This document shows positions 1-11,980 of a DNA stretch of 64,000 nt, one piece after another. The stretch is from Eledone cirrhosa (lineage: Eukaryota), in the NCBI GenBank assembly GCA_964016885.1, contig OZ024742.1, positions 19,034,001-19,098,000 on the forward strand, read 5' to 3'. The translations under genes and the position numbers were made by a program. The notes below the pieces were generated by a model. That model was not told the origin of the DNA. It saw only the letters and a list, made by a program, of their open reading frames with translations, and did not search any database. Every line of letters begins with the position of its first letter. Position 1 is the stretch's first letter.

Positions 1-928
1 ACTAAAGAAGTTTCAAAAGAAACATCTAATAGCTTATTGGTGTTACGAAAGGCTGGTGAATTATGTGATGCAGTGATCAAAGTAGATGATGAAAAAATAC
101 CTGTTCACCGTATTATATTAGCTGCAGCCTGTCCCTACTTTCGAGTTTTGTTTACAAACAGTAAATTTGAATCTGACCGTCATACTGTCAATATTACGGA
201 TATCTCGGCTCCAATTATGAGTAAAATTGTTGACTACATGTATACGAATATTTGTGAAATAAATGATGAAAATGTAAGTGATATTTTGATTGCTTCGGAT
301 TATCTGAACATGACCCACTTACAAGATCTTTGTTGTGATTATTTATCATCAAAGATTTCAGTTATTACATGCCTCAGTATAGAAAGTTTTGCAAAGAAGT
401 ATTTCTGTGAGAAACTTCGACAGAAAGCACATAAATTCATATTATATAATTTTACGAAAATTTATTCAAAATGTGAAGATTTTTTACTTCTTAGTGATAA
501 CGCACTTCATGATATATTAGGTTCGGAAGAATTGAATATTAAATCAGAAGAGATCGCTTTCGAGGCTATCATAAAATGGATTGATTTTGATCCGCTTCCG
601 CGGAAATGTCATATCGCTAAACTATTACAAAACGTGCGTCTAGCACTTTTATCAACCAATTATTTTGTGGAAAAAGTAAAAGTACACCCATATGTTCACG
701 AGAATAAAGACTGTAAATCTCTTGTTATTGAGGCGTTGAAGATTCTATACGATTTAGACATCAATGAAAATAATTTATTAACCGACGACATTAGTATTGC
801 ACGACCTAGATTACCGTATGAAATTATCTTCGTTTTTGGAGGCTGGAGCGGTAGATATGCTACGAATCTAATGGAGACGTATGATCCTCGGGCAAATCGC
901 TGGATGAAATGTAAAGGAATAAAATCTG
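1..928 (+). CDS. KLHL10: Kelch-like protein 10-like, coding exon (BTB + BACK + first kelch repeat); 5' end outside window
   Basis: Frame 1 is open from base 1 (TKEVSKETSNSLLVLRKAGELCDAVIKV...). BTB motif HRIILAAACPYFRVLF, BACK motif EEIAFEAIIKWI...LLQNVRL, kelch start RPRLPYEIIFVFGGWSG. Donor G|GTATGA at 928/929, phase 1. Confidence 0.9.
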
Positions 929-1050
929 GTATGATATTACATTATAGTATTATTCCTCCTTTTAATATTTAGTCCTGTAGTAATCGTGCATACACACATA
1001 TATATATATATATATATAACTGAAAAACATATATGGCTTAGTGAGAAGGT

Positions 1051-1445
1051 TGATTTTGGACACCCGGCGGGATGAAAAATATATCCCATGAAATGGTGGC
1101 GGAACTCAGCAAAGTCAACGGCCATCCAATAATGCTTCTTTTTTTGTGGAGCGAAAGATCCGTAGTCTTCGTTAAGACATCTCTCTGGGAGAAGGTCACT
1201 CTGATATGAAACCTACGACTTCATTTGCATCCAATGTTGTAGACCAGTTCTTCGTTTGGAGTAAATACCTTCGATGTTCAGAGAGTGGGATTAGCTCCGT
1301 GCAATGTCTTTCCTCACTTAAAAAAGCTTCAAGCACAGGCATCACTTGATATTTTTGCGATGCATCGTATTGCTGGCCATAGGCAGTTCCCTAGCAGGAC
1401 AACACATCCGTATCAAGCGATGGCATTACTCGAAGTCGAGTTGCA

Positions 1446-1452
<7 letters not shown>
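1051..1452 (+). mobile_element. diverged relative of the 12311-12824 element
   Basis: Shared blocks GATTTTGGACACCC, AGTCAACGGCCATCC, CAGAGAGTGGGATT.GCTC.GTGCA, TCTTTCCTCACTT; similar tail ATGGCATTACTCGAAGTCGAGTTGCAGCCATCAT. Confidence 0.65.
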
Positions 1453-1488
<36 letters not shown>

Positions 1489-1579
1489 TTGACGGAACTA
1501 GCATGAGTATCACTCCTAGGGCCAGGAACGGTTGCGTCTCAGCGTACTCAATAGGTAATGTACATATATATATATGTAT

Positions 1580-1665
<86 letters not shown>

Positions 1666-1713
1666 GACAACATACATTGTGTGTGTGTATATATATATAT
1701 ATGTATATATGTA

Positions 1714-2053
1714 TGATGATGGACTTTCCTGTCAATTCGACGTGTGAGGATTCAACAATCTTTTCAGTTCATTGTTTTATGTTTATGCCTCAAATGGCAC
1801 TTCAATGCAGCTGCTGATTTACTCATCAATCAGCATTTGGTGCAGGTGACAGGATCTTGAACAGAGCAGACTGGAAGGCCTTACCAGACCCTGGTGTCAG
1901 ATCTTATCTCCCAGAGGTGGACTAAACGAGATTTCCCAAAGTTCTCTATACCTTTGTGGCAGACGATCCTCCGTCTTTTACGGTTGGCAGTCATGGCTTC
2001 AAACGAAGAAAGAGGTACGTTGATAGACTTAAGATTGTACTTCAGTTTGTCCT

Positions 2054-2058
<5 letters not shown>
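1714..2058 (-). mobile_element. RTE-clade LINE 3' end (degenerate ORF C-terminus and tail)
   Basis: - strand reads KDKLKYNLKSINVPLSSFEAMTANRKRRRIVCHKGIENF...TCTKC*LMSKSAAALKCHLRHKH, typical of RTE C-termini with a C2H2 finger. Has in-frame stops and ends in a CATCATCATACAT tail. Confidence 0.75.
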
Positions 2059-2829
<771 letters not shown>

Positions 2830-2860
2830 GACAAAATCCATCTATCCATACATACATACT

Positions 2861-3144
2861 GGCACTCCATCGGTTACAATAATGAGTATTCCAGTTCATA
2901 TGATCAACCAAACAGTCTGTTCGTGAAATTAATGTACAAGTGGCCGAACATTCCACAGACATGTGTACCCTTTACATAGTTCTCAGGGAGATTCAGTGTG
3001 TCACAGTATGGCCTTCGAATTACAGGTACACTTCAGTTTTGCCAGCTGAGTGGTTTGGAGCAATGTGAAATAAGGTTTGTTGCTCAAGAACAGAACACCC
3101 CCATCGGGATTCGAACTCGTAACTTAGCCACTAAGCCACGTGCC

Positions 3145-3147
<3 letters not shown>
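2861..3147 (-). mobile_element. tRNA-derived SINE (family B, CORE-like body)
   Basis: On - strand: A-box TGGCTTAGTGG, B-box GAGTTCGAATCCC, then TTCTTGAGCAACAAACCTTATTTCACATTGCTCC. Related pieces at about 6410-6548, 10905-11070 and 14140-14330. Confidence 0.8.
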
Positions 3148-3183
<36 letters not shown>

Positions 3184-3188
3184 ACATA

Positions 3189-3261
<73 letters not shown>

Positions 3262-3628
3262 AGTGAGGGACTGTTATAATCTATATTACATCTAATTATT
3301 ACGTGCTGCTGTTCACTTATTAAACAGGGCCACCCATTTCTCTATTACTCAAATCCTCTATCTACATTCTTTAGATAAATTATGCCACCTGTACATTCCT
3401 ACTTGTCATACTTGTGACTCCATAAGTAGAATGAAACATTCACTATTTCGTCATGTGGCAGCTATTTTTACTATAACTATTACGAAATTAAATATTCGGA
3501 GTGTTGTTTGAGAGGAGACGTTGCTTCTTTCTAGCTTTAGGACAGATCTTATATTCACTGGGTCTATATGTTGGTCTATTTTCATTTTTTAAGACTTTAC
3601 CTTCACATAGAATAATAACGAAAACACG

Positions 3629-3842
3629 TGGCGTAGTGGTGAGGGAATTGGATTCGCAATCGTGATGCTGCCAGTTCGATTCCCCGACCTTGCGATGCGT
3701 TATGTTCTTGAAGAAGACTTTATTTCACGTTACTCCTTCTGCCAGAAGTTGCGATCAGTAGATAGTGTCAGCAAGGAAACATTGTTTCCCTGGTCCCTTT
3801 GCCTGATTTTATGAGTCCCACCCCACTCGGTAAGCAATTGAG
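3629..3842 (+). mobile_element. tRNA-derived SINE (family C)
   Basis: A-box TGGCGTAGTGG, B-box AGTTCGATTCCC; colinear similarity to 10582-10801. Confidence 0.75.
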
Positions 3843-4714
3843 GTCTGGGATCTTGTCGATTGATTAAAAAACAGAAGAATTTTTCGCACATTTCTTGGTG
3901 TGTTTGTTATTACATGCTTCCTTGCGTCTTTCTTCAATTTCCTCCATAGTTCAAATGTTTCTTTCAATGAGTTTGCGTGTTTTAGATACAGTGTTGCTGT
4001 CTATAAAGCATGTAACACTTTAATATAGTAAACGTTTTTCTATCGTTGTCTCTTCATATTGATTTTCTTCCGAACGTTGATATTAAGAAGCAGGCCTGAC
4101 TGTTTAATGTTAACCTTTTTTTAGAGAACACTGTGAGTTCTATGTAATGACATTGTTGTTGTTTTGTGAAGTGACTGATTGAGACCCACAGAACAAAATT
4201 TGCCTCTAATCGTTTTGTTGTTAAATTTATTTCCTGGCATAATTGATAGCCCCACCTCATTTCTGTCATGTCATTTGGCACATATCTATTTTGTTCTTGA
4301 ATGTGAGTTTTGTTATTGTTTCCTACCTTATGTGCCACACCGTTTTGTGTATGACTTGTACACGAAATTGTAGAAACATTTAAATGAATATGTAACTTGA
4401 TAAACATTAAAATGGATATGTAATTAGGTTTTCTTACTTACTTGTATGTAGTTAGTGAGTGTGTTTTTTTTCTCCATAATCCCACGTGTCTATTGCATGA
4501 TTTCATGTTTCACATATCTTCAATGAATATTCCATAGAGATATCCTTTCTGAGGAAACTCTGTCTTGTTTAAGAAGAAAAATATTTTGATTTACTGTGTT
4601 GATTTTCGTTCAAAATTATTTTTCTTTTATGTCTTTGAAGTTTTTCGGTTCCATTTCGGTTGTTAGATGTTGTATGTGTCGTACAGAGAGCGCGTTAAAA
4701 CACGTTCATATCAT

Positions 4715-4890
4715 TTGTTTCTACTTTAGGCACAAGGCCAGCAATTACCCAGTTCATTACTGGTACTTTATTTTATCGACCCCGTAAGGATGAAAGGCAA
4801 AGTCAACCTCGGCGGGATTTGAACTCAGATCGTAAAGGGACGTAACTATGCTGGAAAGCATGGCGTCCGACCTTCTACCGATACTGCCAA
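4715..4890 (-). mobile_element. tRNA-derived SINE (family A)
   Basis: On - strand: TGGCAGTATCGGTAG (A-box-like), GAGTTCAAATCCC (B-box), body TTGCCTTTCATCCTTACGGGGTCGATAAAATAAAGTACCAG shared with other copies in the window. Confidence 0.85.
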
Positions 4891-4987
4891 AATTTAATCG
4901 ACTTTCCTCTTCCCCTAAAAAATTACTGGTCTCAACCAGCTTAAAGTAGAAAATATTATTATTATTATTATTGCGGGTCGCCACACG

Positions 4988-5183
4988 GGCGGTGGCTTGG
5001 CAGTATTAGTAGCGGGTCGGATGCCATGCTTTGCAGCATAGAGTTACGGCCCTTTATGATCTGAGTTCAAATCTTACCGAGCTTAACTTTGCCTTTCATC
5101 CTTACGGGGTCGATAAAATAAAGTACCAGTCACGCACTAGGGTCGTTTTAATCGACTTTCCCCTCTCCCAAAATTGCTGGCCT
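4988..5183 (+). mobile_element. tRNA-derived SINE (family A), near full length, followed by a short inverted fragment to about 5219
   Basis: TGGCAGTATTAGTAG...GAGTTCAAATCTT...same family A body. Confidence 0.85.
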
Positions 5184-5608
5184 CGACGGGATTTGAACTC
5201 AGACCGTAAAGGGGCGTAATAATAGTAGTAGTAGTAGTAGTAGTAGTAGTAATATATAGTTTGCCATTACATGTATGTCTTAAGATATCTTATAATGAGA
5301 TAAGACATCTCATAAATATATTCTTTAAGTAAATTCAAAGAAATGAATTGAAACAAATAGAATTTGACAGAAGCTCTAACTTCTGATACCTCCTTGTCTG
5401 ATTTCTAGTCACATAAACTCTTTAGATATAATGATGTTATGAGTCTTTTATAATTACATAAAACAGTTAATATTTAGAGTTTCTCAAACATGAGGTTTAT
5501 ATTTCCTAGACAACAGCTGCACACAGCCTTTTTTTAATTTTAAATTTACATCAAAAGAAAAACTAACAGATGTGTTTTTGAACAGTTGTTAATATGTTAT
5601 ATTATGAC

Positions 5609-5736
5609 ACGTCCCTTTACGATCTGAGTTCAAATCCCGCCGAGGTTGACTTTGCCTTTCATCCTTACGGGGTCGATAAAATAAAGTACCAGTAATGCAC
5701 TGGTAATTGCTGGCCTTGTGCCTAAAGTAGAGACAA
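5609..5736 (+). mobile_element. 5'-truncated SINE (family A)
   Basis: Near-perfect reverse complement of 4715-4843. Confidence 0.85.
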
Positions 5737-5753
5737 TTATGACATGTGTAATT

Positions 5754-5953
5754 GCGGTGGATTTATAGTAATCGGTAGAGTGTCGGACAACATGCTTCGC
5801 GGATAAGAGTTACGGCCTTTTACGTTATGATTTGAAATCCTACCAAGGTTATCATTGCCTTCCATCCTTACGGGGTAGATAAAATAAAGTACCAGTAATG
5901 CACTGGGGTTGTTTAAACCGACTTTCCTCTCCCCCAAAATTGGTGGCTTTGTC
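5754..5953 (+). mobile_element. diverged SINE (family A)
   Basis: ATCGGTAGAGTGTCGGACAACATGC head plus TTGCCTTCCATCCTTACGGGGTAGATAAAATAAAGTACCAG body. Confidence 0.8.
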
Positions 5954-6409
5954 ACAAACCATTATTACATGTGCATCTCGGTGGAATACACTAACATTGT
6001 CGTTTCATGATTTCTAAAATAACTGACACCACCAACTTTAGGTTGGGTTGGTGAGTGATAGACACCTCTCACTTGCAATATGTTCAATGTAAACATTCTG
6101 GCGTAAAAAACTGAAGATAAAGGAAAGATTGCAAAGCAATCAGTGGTTTTGCTATATATGACTTTTTTTTTAAATCTGGTATTGCAGCGTAAAACAAAAT
6201 AACAGAAATTTGTAATCGTACGCAAACCCCTCACTAACTACCCACCACCTTGGTGCCGCCTACCAAACAGACATAAAAACCTACTATTTTAAGGACTGTA
6301 ACTGTACCCACTTCTTGCACACCTGACCCCCAAATAACATTGAAATGTTGGTATCGTATGGCTTTAAGTTATACTAAAAATACAATCCATTGCAGAGTTA
6401 ACTTGCTGC

Positions 6410-6548
6410 CGGTTCTCGTTTTCAGCTGAGTGAACTGGAGTAACGTGAAATAAAGTGTTTTGTTCTAATACAAAACGAGCCACTCGGTGTAAGAGTCAAA
6501 CTGACTATATTATGTTCATAAACACAACAGCTTAACCATTAAACCACA
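6410..6548 (-). mobile_element. SINE family B 5' fragment
   Basis: CAGCTGAGTGAACTGGAGTAACGTGAAATAAAGTGTTTTGTTC matches 3043-3090. Confidence 0.65.
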
Positions 6549-7569
6549 AAAATGTACTGTAAAGTACGAAGGGTTTATAATTTAGTGGGGAGGTGTAGAA
6601 GATTACATTGGGCTAACGCTTATTTTTTAAAATAATTAATACAGTAAATCGGGGGAAATTAAATAGCTTCCCAAACTCCCCAGATTCTGTAGCTGATCTT
6701 AACAAAAATTATAATATTTTTTTAATATATTTTAACAGGGTCTTCTGTGCTGACATACTAAGCCAAAGTGAAAGCGAATAAAAAGTGAGTGCCTAGTGGG
6801 ATCGAACCCACTTCTCCTTTGTTGACATCTCGGTGTAATTAAACAATTTTTGGTCGCTTTCGCATTGGTTTTGTATATATGCTCAGAAACACTGTTTGAA
6901 CAATGTCTTAAATAATCCAATACTAGTTTAATAAGTACTAAAACAAAAATAAAAACATATATACAAATGTAGATATCTTATGGAGGGCTAACTGAATAGA
7001 TGGTCTCGTAATTCATAGGGGCACCGTATTGAAATCAACGTTTCTAGGGAATTTTTAAACATGGCGGAGCCCATCCTCTCCAGGTCTAAATCCCCGTGTA
7101 ATGGTATTGTATCAAACACTCTATCAAAGTAACCATTTGTACTACAGCCATACTGGTTTGACACTGTCCCAGTCATGCTGAACCAGGATAATATATAAGT
7201 ACAGTAATATTAGGTTAAACCTAGAGCACAGTAAAACAACCATAATAGTGGACCCAATCAATACATCAGAGCACCCCAGAAACAAAATACAATATCCATG
7301 GATATTCTTCATTCTAAACACTATAAGGATATGGTTAATAAGATATACAAGTATAAGTATTGTATATAAATCTCAGCTACAGAAAGATTGAGTTACTAAC
7401 GATCTTTTCATGGACTTATGGTTATTTCCATAAAACTAGAGTCTACCGTGTTGTCCTGTTATGGATACACAACATAAATACAGAGTCAAGGATGAAGCAA
7501 TAAAATATGAGCCATAAAATACAGAGAAAATAACAATGTCAAATAATCTATTATATTTCTACATTACAG

Positions 7570-7717
7570 ACTTCCGAGCGTATCATGGATCTTGCGTGTT
7601 AGACAGATACGTTTATATAATTGGTGGCTTTGACGGTATGGAATATTTTAACAGTGTACGATGTCTTGATACAACTTCACAACAGTGGACAGAAGTAGGA
7701 CCCATGCACAATAGAAG
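7570..7717 (+). CDS. KLHL10: KLHL10-like coding exon (kelch repeat)
   Basis: Acceptor TTTCTACATTACAG|; G+AC completes Asp, giving DFRAYHGSCVLDRYVYIIGGFDGMEYFNSVRCLD...MHNRR. Donor AG|GTTATA, phase 2. RAYHG and YIIGGFD..YFNSV resemble KLHL10 as I recall it. Confidence 0.9.
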
Positions 7718-7752
7718 GTTATATTTTCCTAATATATTTCATGAAACATATG

Positions 7753-7784
<32 letters not shown>

Positions 7785-8177
7785 CGAGGGCAATCCCAAA
7801 AGTAAGGTCTCCTTCCAATATTACAACTTTTCCGTTAAAATCCTGTGGATGGTGCTTCGAGAAACTTCAGGAACCAAAATACAGAGAGCATCCAGAGTGA
7901 TCCGCCGATCTTTACGCATGTTTTCCTCGGAAGGAGACCTTACTTTTGGGATTGCCCTCGTAATAATAACTGCGCGAAATTCGCACTTGGCGGTAGCGTT
8001 CAACGGGAGCTCCATTCTCAACGGCTGCCAAGCCAAGATTGAGCATCCCAGCGAAGCGCGAGCATGCTTGTTTGGGAGTGAAGGAAGCAACAATCACAAC
8101 AGTGTTTTCAACAGCCGTACGAACAGTTTCTCTGCGTCCCCATCGCTTTGGAGACCTTACTTTTGGGATTACCCTCG
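7785..8177 (-). mobile_element. internally deleted mariner (Tc1/mariner) element with three TIR copies
   Basis: TA-flanked TIR CGAGGGCAATCCCAAAAGTAAGGTCTCC at 7785, inverted copies at 7929-7960 and 8150-8177. - strand retains transposase fragments [17 protein letters not shown] and DRRITLDALCILVPEVSRSTIHRILTEKL. Confidence 0.85.
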
Positions 8178-8186
8178 TACATAAAT

Positions 8187-8511
<325 letters not shown>

Positions 8512-8646
8512 AAAGTGAGGTTTTTTTTACAAAATGAAAAATAACCGAGGTGTCCTACACGAGTGAAAGTATAAAGAAAAAAAGATGAAATCGAAAATGC
8601 AACTGGAGTCTTATTTTAAAAAAAAAATACATATATTTATTTGGTT

Positions 8647-8684
8647 CCTTTACCGGTTTCGCAGTTCTTCTGCTTTTCAAAAGG
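8647..8684 (-). ncRNA. degenerate minimal hammerhead
   Basis: CCTT-TTGAAAA-GCAG aagaa CTGC-GAA-ACCGGT-A-AAGG: stems perfect, two core substitutions. Confidence 0.55.
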
Positions 8685-9140
8685 TGAGTTGAGATGGAGG
8701 GTCTGTGGTTTTTCTCACATCTGGTTGGTCTCTGAATGTTACTTGTTTTATATGGAAAAAGTGGCTCGAAATGCCAGGTTTTTCGAGAAGTAATTTGATT
8801 GGTTTGTCAATAATTATAATAAATTTCGCGCCAGTTCGCGTTACAATAGTTCTTCAAATAAGGGCGGGGGGGGGGGTTGTCACAGGTTGTTTTTTTCATA
8901 TATGAGTGTTGGAATTTCTTTTTACTTGAAAAAAGGGGCTCACGAAGGCTTTTGTTTGGTTGGTTATATATATATACATTATATATATATATATATACAT
9001 TATGTACTGTAAAGAGTTAGTATCTGACGGCTGCTGAGCTTTTGCCGTTTCGACGGCGAATGGATAACTGAATTCAGTTTTTCACTGTAAGCTTTCTCCG
9101 AACTTTGTCTCTTCAGGGTAGGGGTCATAATTTGATTGAG

Positions 9141-9223
<83 letters not shown>

Positions 9224-9335
9224 TAATGTATGTGATTCATTGGTGGTACTACAATGAGCACTCAATGCAAAGGCAGAGTGAATATAATAAGAAAAACCAC
9301 GAAGTTCCCTCTACACGAATCCATATTTTTATTGT

Positions 9336-9407
9336 GTTACGCGCATTTCGCAAAGGTCACCAATGGGAGTTATGAAACCGACTCCAGGATCAATCTGCTC
9401 ATCAGAC
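9336..9407 (-). ncRNA. hammerhead ribozyme motif, intact core, eroded stem I
   Basis: GT-CTGATGA-GCAGA...TTTGC-GAA-ATGCGCGT-A-AC; long stem II including GGAGT/ACTCC. Confidence 0.6.
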
Positions 9408-9485
9408 TGGTGATTCAACAAAACAATGTATACAGTAAGTAAGGTACTCAATACAAAGCAGAGTATAAATATTTAATATAGAAAA

Positions 9486-9536
9486 GGCTTCTACAGGACT
9501 AGAACTGTTTCATTCGGGAGAAATCATCAGGAAGCC
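9486..9536 (-). ncRNA. type I hammerhead ribozyme motif (Penelope-like)
   Basis: GGCTTC-CTGATGA-TTTCTCCCGAAT-GAA-ACAG ttctagtc CTGT-A-GAAGCC: 6-bp stem I, intact core, 4-bp stem III, GUA triplet; stem II weak. Confidence 0.75.
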
Positions 9537-9810
9537 CACATATATCAGAGAGGGTGTGATAAAAAAAAAAAAACAGGTAGACCATAATCCACCAGACTAC
9601 TCGATACTTGGGGTAGTTCGGATCTAGCTGTCGAAACGGCCGGAGCTCAGCCGTCGGGGTCTTGAATCTTTATATATATATTTATGTTTGTGTGTGTGTG
9701 TGCATGTGTATATGAAAAAAATGGCGTCCTTTTAAATATAAACAAATTCTTTGACTGTGAGCTGTTGAGCCGTTCGGTGAGACTTATAATGCGATATTTA
9801 TTTATAACTG

Positions 9811-9851
9811 ATTTTGATAAGTCCCAATAAGGGGACGAAACGTTCGTAAAT
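9811..9851 (+). ncRNA. degenerate minimal hammerhead (sense strand)
   Basis: ATT-TTGATAA-GTCCC aataag GGGAC-GAA-ACGTTCGT-A-AAT: stems present, two core substitutions. Confidence 0.5.
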
Positions 9852-9990
9852 GAATATTTAATGTAAAAGTGTATTTAGTAATTACTTTAAAGTATATATT
9901 ATATATATATTATTGAATAAAATGACAGAAGGCCGGATTGGTGAAACTCCTTAAAATTATGACCAGTTCTATCCAGTGGTTAACCATAAA

Positions 9991-10039
<49 letters not shown>

Positions 10040-10175
10040 AATGAGTTATTTGGTTTGTTGATTATTCAACAAAGTTAATTTTACAACAGATTAGAAGCAC
10101 TCAACAGTATTTATCCGGAGTATCATTAATATAAATAATATTAATAAATGGAAAATATCTTTATAAAACCATATT

Positions 10176-10236
10176 TATTTTATTATACGTATTTCAAGGG
10201 TACGAATATTTAAGTACGCTTTCGTCAGATAAAATA
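10176..10236 (-). ncRNA. minimal type I hammerhead ribozyme motif with palindromic stem III
   Basis: TATTTTAT-CTGACGA-AAGCGTAC...GTACCCTT-GAA-ATACGTAT-A-ATAAAATA: 8-bp stem I, 7/8-bp stem II, intact core. Confidence 0.75.
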
Positions 10237-10581
10237 TAATAATTAGTGTAAAGATAGTGACATATCTGCATGTGAACTTCATGTTATAAGTTCAGTGAGG
10301 ATATATATATATCGTATATTTAAGTAATGTTTATATTTGGTTTATTTTCATTTCTTTCGACAATAATTCTTTGTCTAGAATCGTATGAACTGTAGATTTT
10401 CTTGTGCAAACTTTATTAATTTTTGTTTTCCGATGGTCAAAACTGACTTGTTACAAAATAACATTACCAACTCGTAAATATCTTAAGAATGCTACAACTG
10501 CAAAGATTGTGGGTAATATTTTCCATAGTTTGATTTGAACCACCAAAACATTAGCGATAATATTCAGCCCAACCCTTTACC

Positions 10582-10801
10582 GGGCCATTAGTGGTTAGAG
10601 AACTTGATTCACAATCGTTATCTTATCAGTTCGTCTCGGGCCCGGCAATGCGTTATGTATTTGAGTGAGACATTATTTCACGCTGCTCCTTCGGCCAAGA
10701 GTTGCGACCGCTAGATAGTATTAGCAATAGGAATGTCCAATGTAAACCTTGTTTCCTCGGTCCGATATGACGAGTTTCAGCCCACCCAGTAAGTGAATGA
10801 G
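10582..10801 (+). mobile_element. tRNA-derived SINE (family C), diverged
   Basis: Shares ATGCGTTATGT...TTATTTCACG...AGTTGCGA...TAGATAGT...TTGTTTCC with 3629-3842. Confidence 0.7.
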
Positions 10802-10904
10802 ATAAGATTAGAGTCAACATTCTCTTGGTAAATTAATAATGACTAGATATTCACATAATTACGTAATTTTATATACATATCCGTTTGGGATTATCGATAA
10901 TGAT

Positions 10905-11070
10905 GGATTTTCCGTCAGTTACGACGAAGAGCATTCAGTGAAAGGAAAAAAAAAATCTACTTATTAAATTACAGGTAAGTGGCTGAGTATTCTACATACT
11001 GATGTATTCTTAACGTCATGGCCAAGCAACGTGACAGTGGTGACAAGGCTGAATGTTTGAGTTACAGGTA
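10905..11070 (-). mobile_element. SINE family B 3' fragment
   Basis: AAGTGGCTGAGTATTCTACA...TTAACGT...TTACAGGTA resembles 2938-3030. Confidence 0.55.
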
Positions 11071-11194
11071 GAATCGATTGCAACAAGCTCCATACAGTCC
11101 CTTACAGGATTTAGTCAACCAGAGGCTAAGATATAAAACAGGTACCCACGACGCCATACAACGGGATCGAATGCAGAAGCAAACTCCCCAAACA

Positions 11195-11250
<56 letters not shown>

Positions 11251-11343
11251 AAAAGGTAAACAGACAGAAATAACAAAGGAAACGATACAGTACAATGAAG
11301 AAATATATAATTAGTTTTACGCTTGATATAGTAGGAAAAAGAG

Positions 11344-11379
11344 TTTTAACGTTTCGGACGCTAGTCTTTCATCAGAAAA
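11344..11379 (-). ncRNA. minimal hammerhead ribozyme motif
   Basis: TTTT-CTGATGA-AAGACTAGCGTCC-GAAACGTT-AAAA; core intact, stems short. Confidence 0.55.
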
Positions 11380-11678
11380 TAGAATGAGAAATTAGAAAAT
11401 TGAAAGATAGATGAGAGTGGGTAGTGGTAGAAAGGAAAATAAATTTTCTTAGAGAAAAATCAGGTCGCCATCTCTTGGAAAACAGTAAATTCTTGGGTTT
11501 TTGTATGAGAAAATCAGTTGGTCTTGTTTTAAAAGACGGTGACCGGACGGGTCTAGCTGAAAAGGGCAATCTCATTTTGTATATAGAACATATGTGTGGA
11601 TATATATTACATGCTGTATGGAACCGTATATAGATGTTGATATAAGTATAAATGTTATGATGATACTCTTTCCCACAG

Positions 11679-11848
11679 ATGTTATGTTAGTACGGCTGTG
11701 TTGAACAATGAGATCTATGCTATTGGGGGATACAACGGAGTGGTGAGACAGAAAACAGCTGAACGTTATAACCAGGAGAACAACCAATGGACTTATATAA
11801 TGTCAATGAACAGCGCTCGGAGTGATGCCGCCGCCACAATCCTTCGTG
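11679..11848 (+). CDS. KLHL10: KLHL10-like coding exon (kelch repeat); further exons expected beyond window
   Basis: Acceptor CTCTTTCCCACAG|; AG+A completes Arg, giving RCYVSTAVLNNEIYAIGGYNGVVRQKTAERY...RSDAAATILRG. Strong donor G|GTGAGT at 11848/11849. Only about 3 of the usual 6 kelch repeats are seen. Confidence 0.92.
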
Positions 11849-11871
11849 GTGAGTATATCATTGATTTTACA

Positions 11872-11980
11872 ATGTATGTATGTATGTATGTATGTATGTA
11901 TGTATGTATGTATGTATGTATGTATGTATGTATGTATGTATGTATGTGTGTGTATGTATGTGTGTATGTATGTGTGTATG
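11872..11980. repeat. (TATG)n microsatellite
   Basis: Direct reading. Confidence 0.95.

Noticed and set aside
929-972. ORF tail GMILHYSIIPPFNI as true C-terminus
   Set aside because: Intron read-through past a GT donor whose phase matches the 7570 exon.
3629-3700. tRNA gene (also B-box-like GGTTCGATCCC on - strand near 6797-6808)
   Set aside because: No convincing cloverleaf; the 3629 copy continues into a SINE body.
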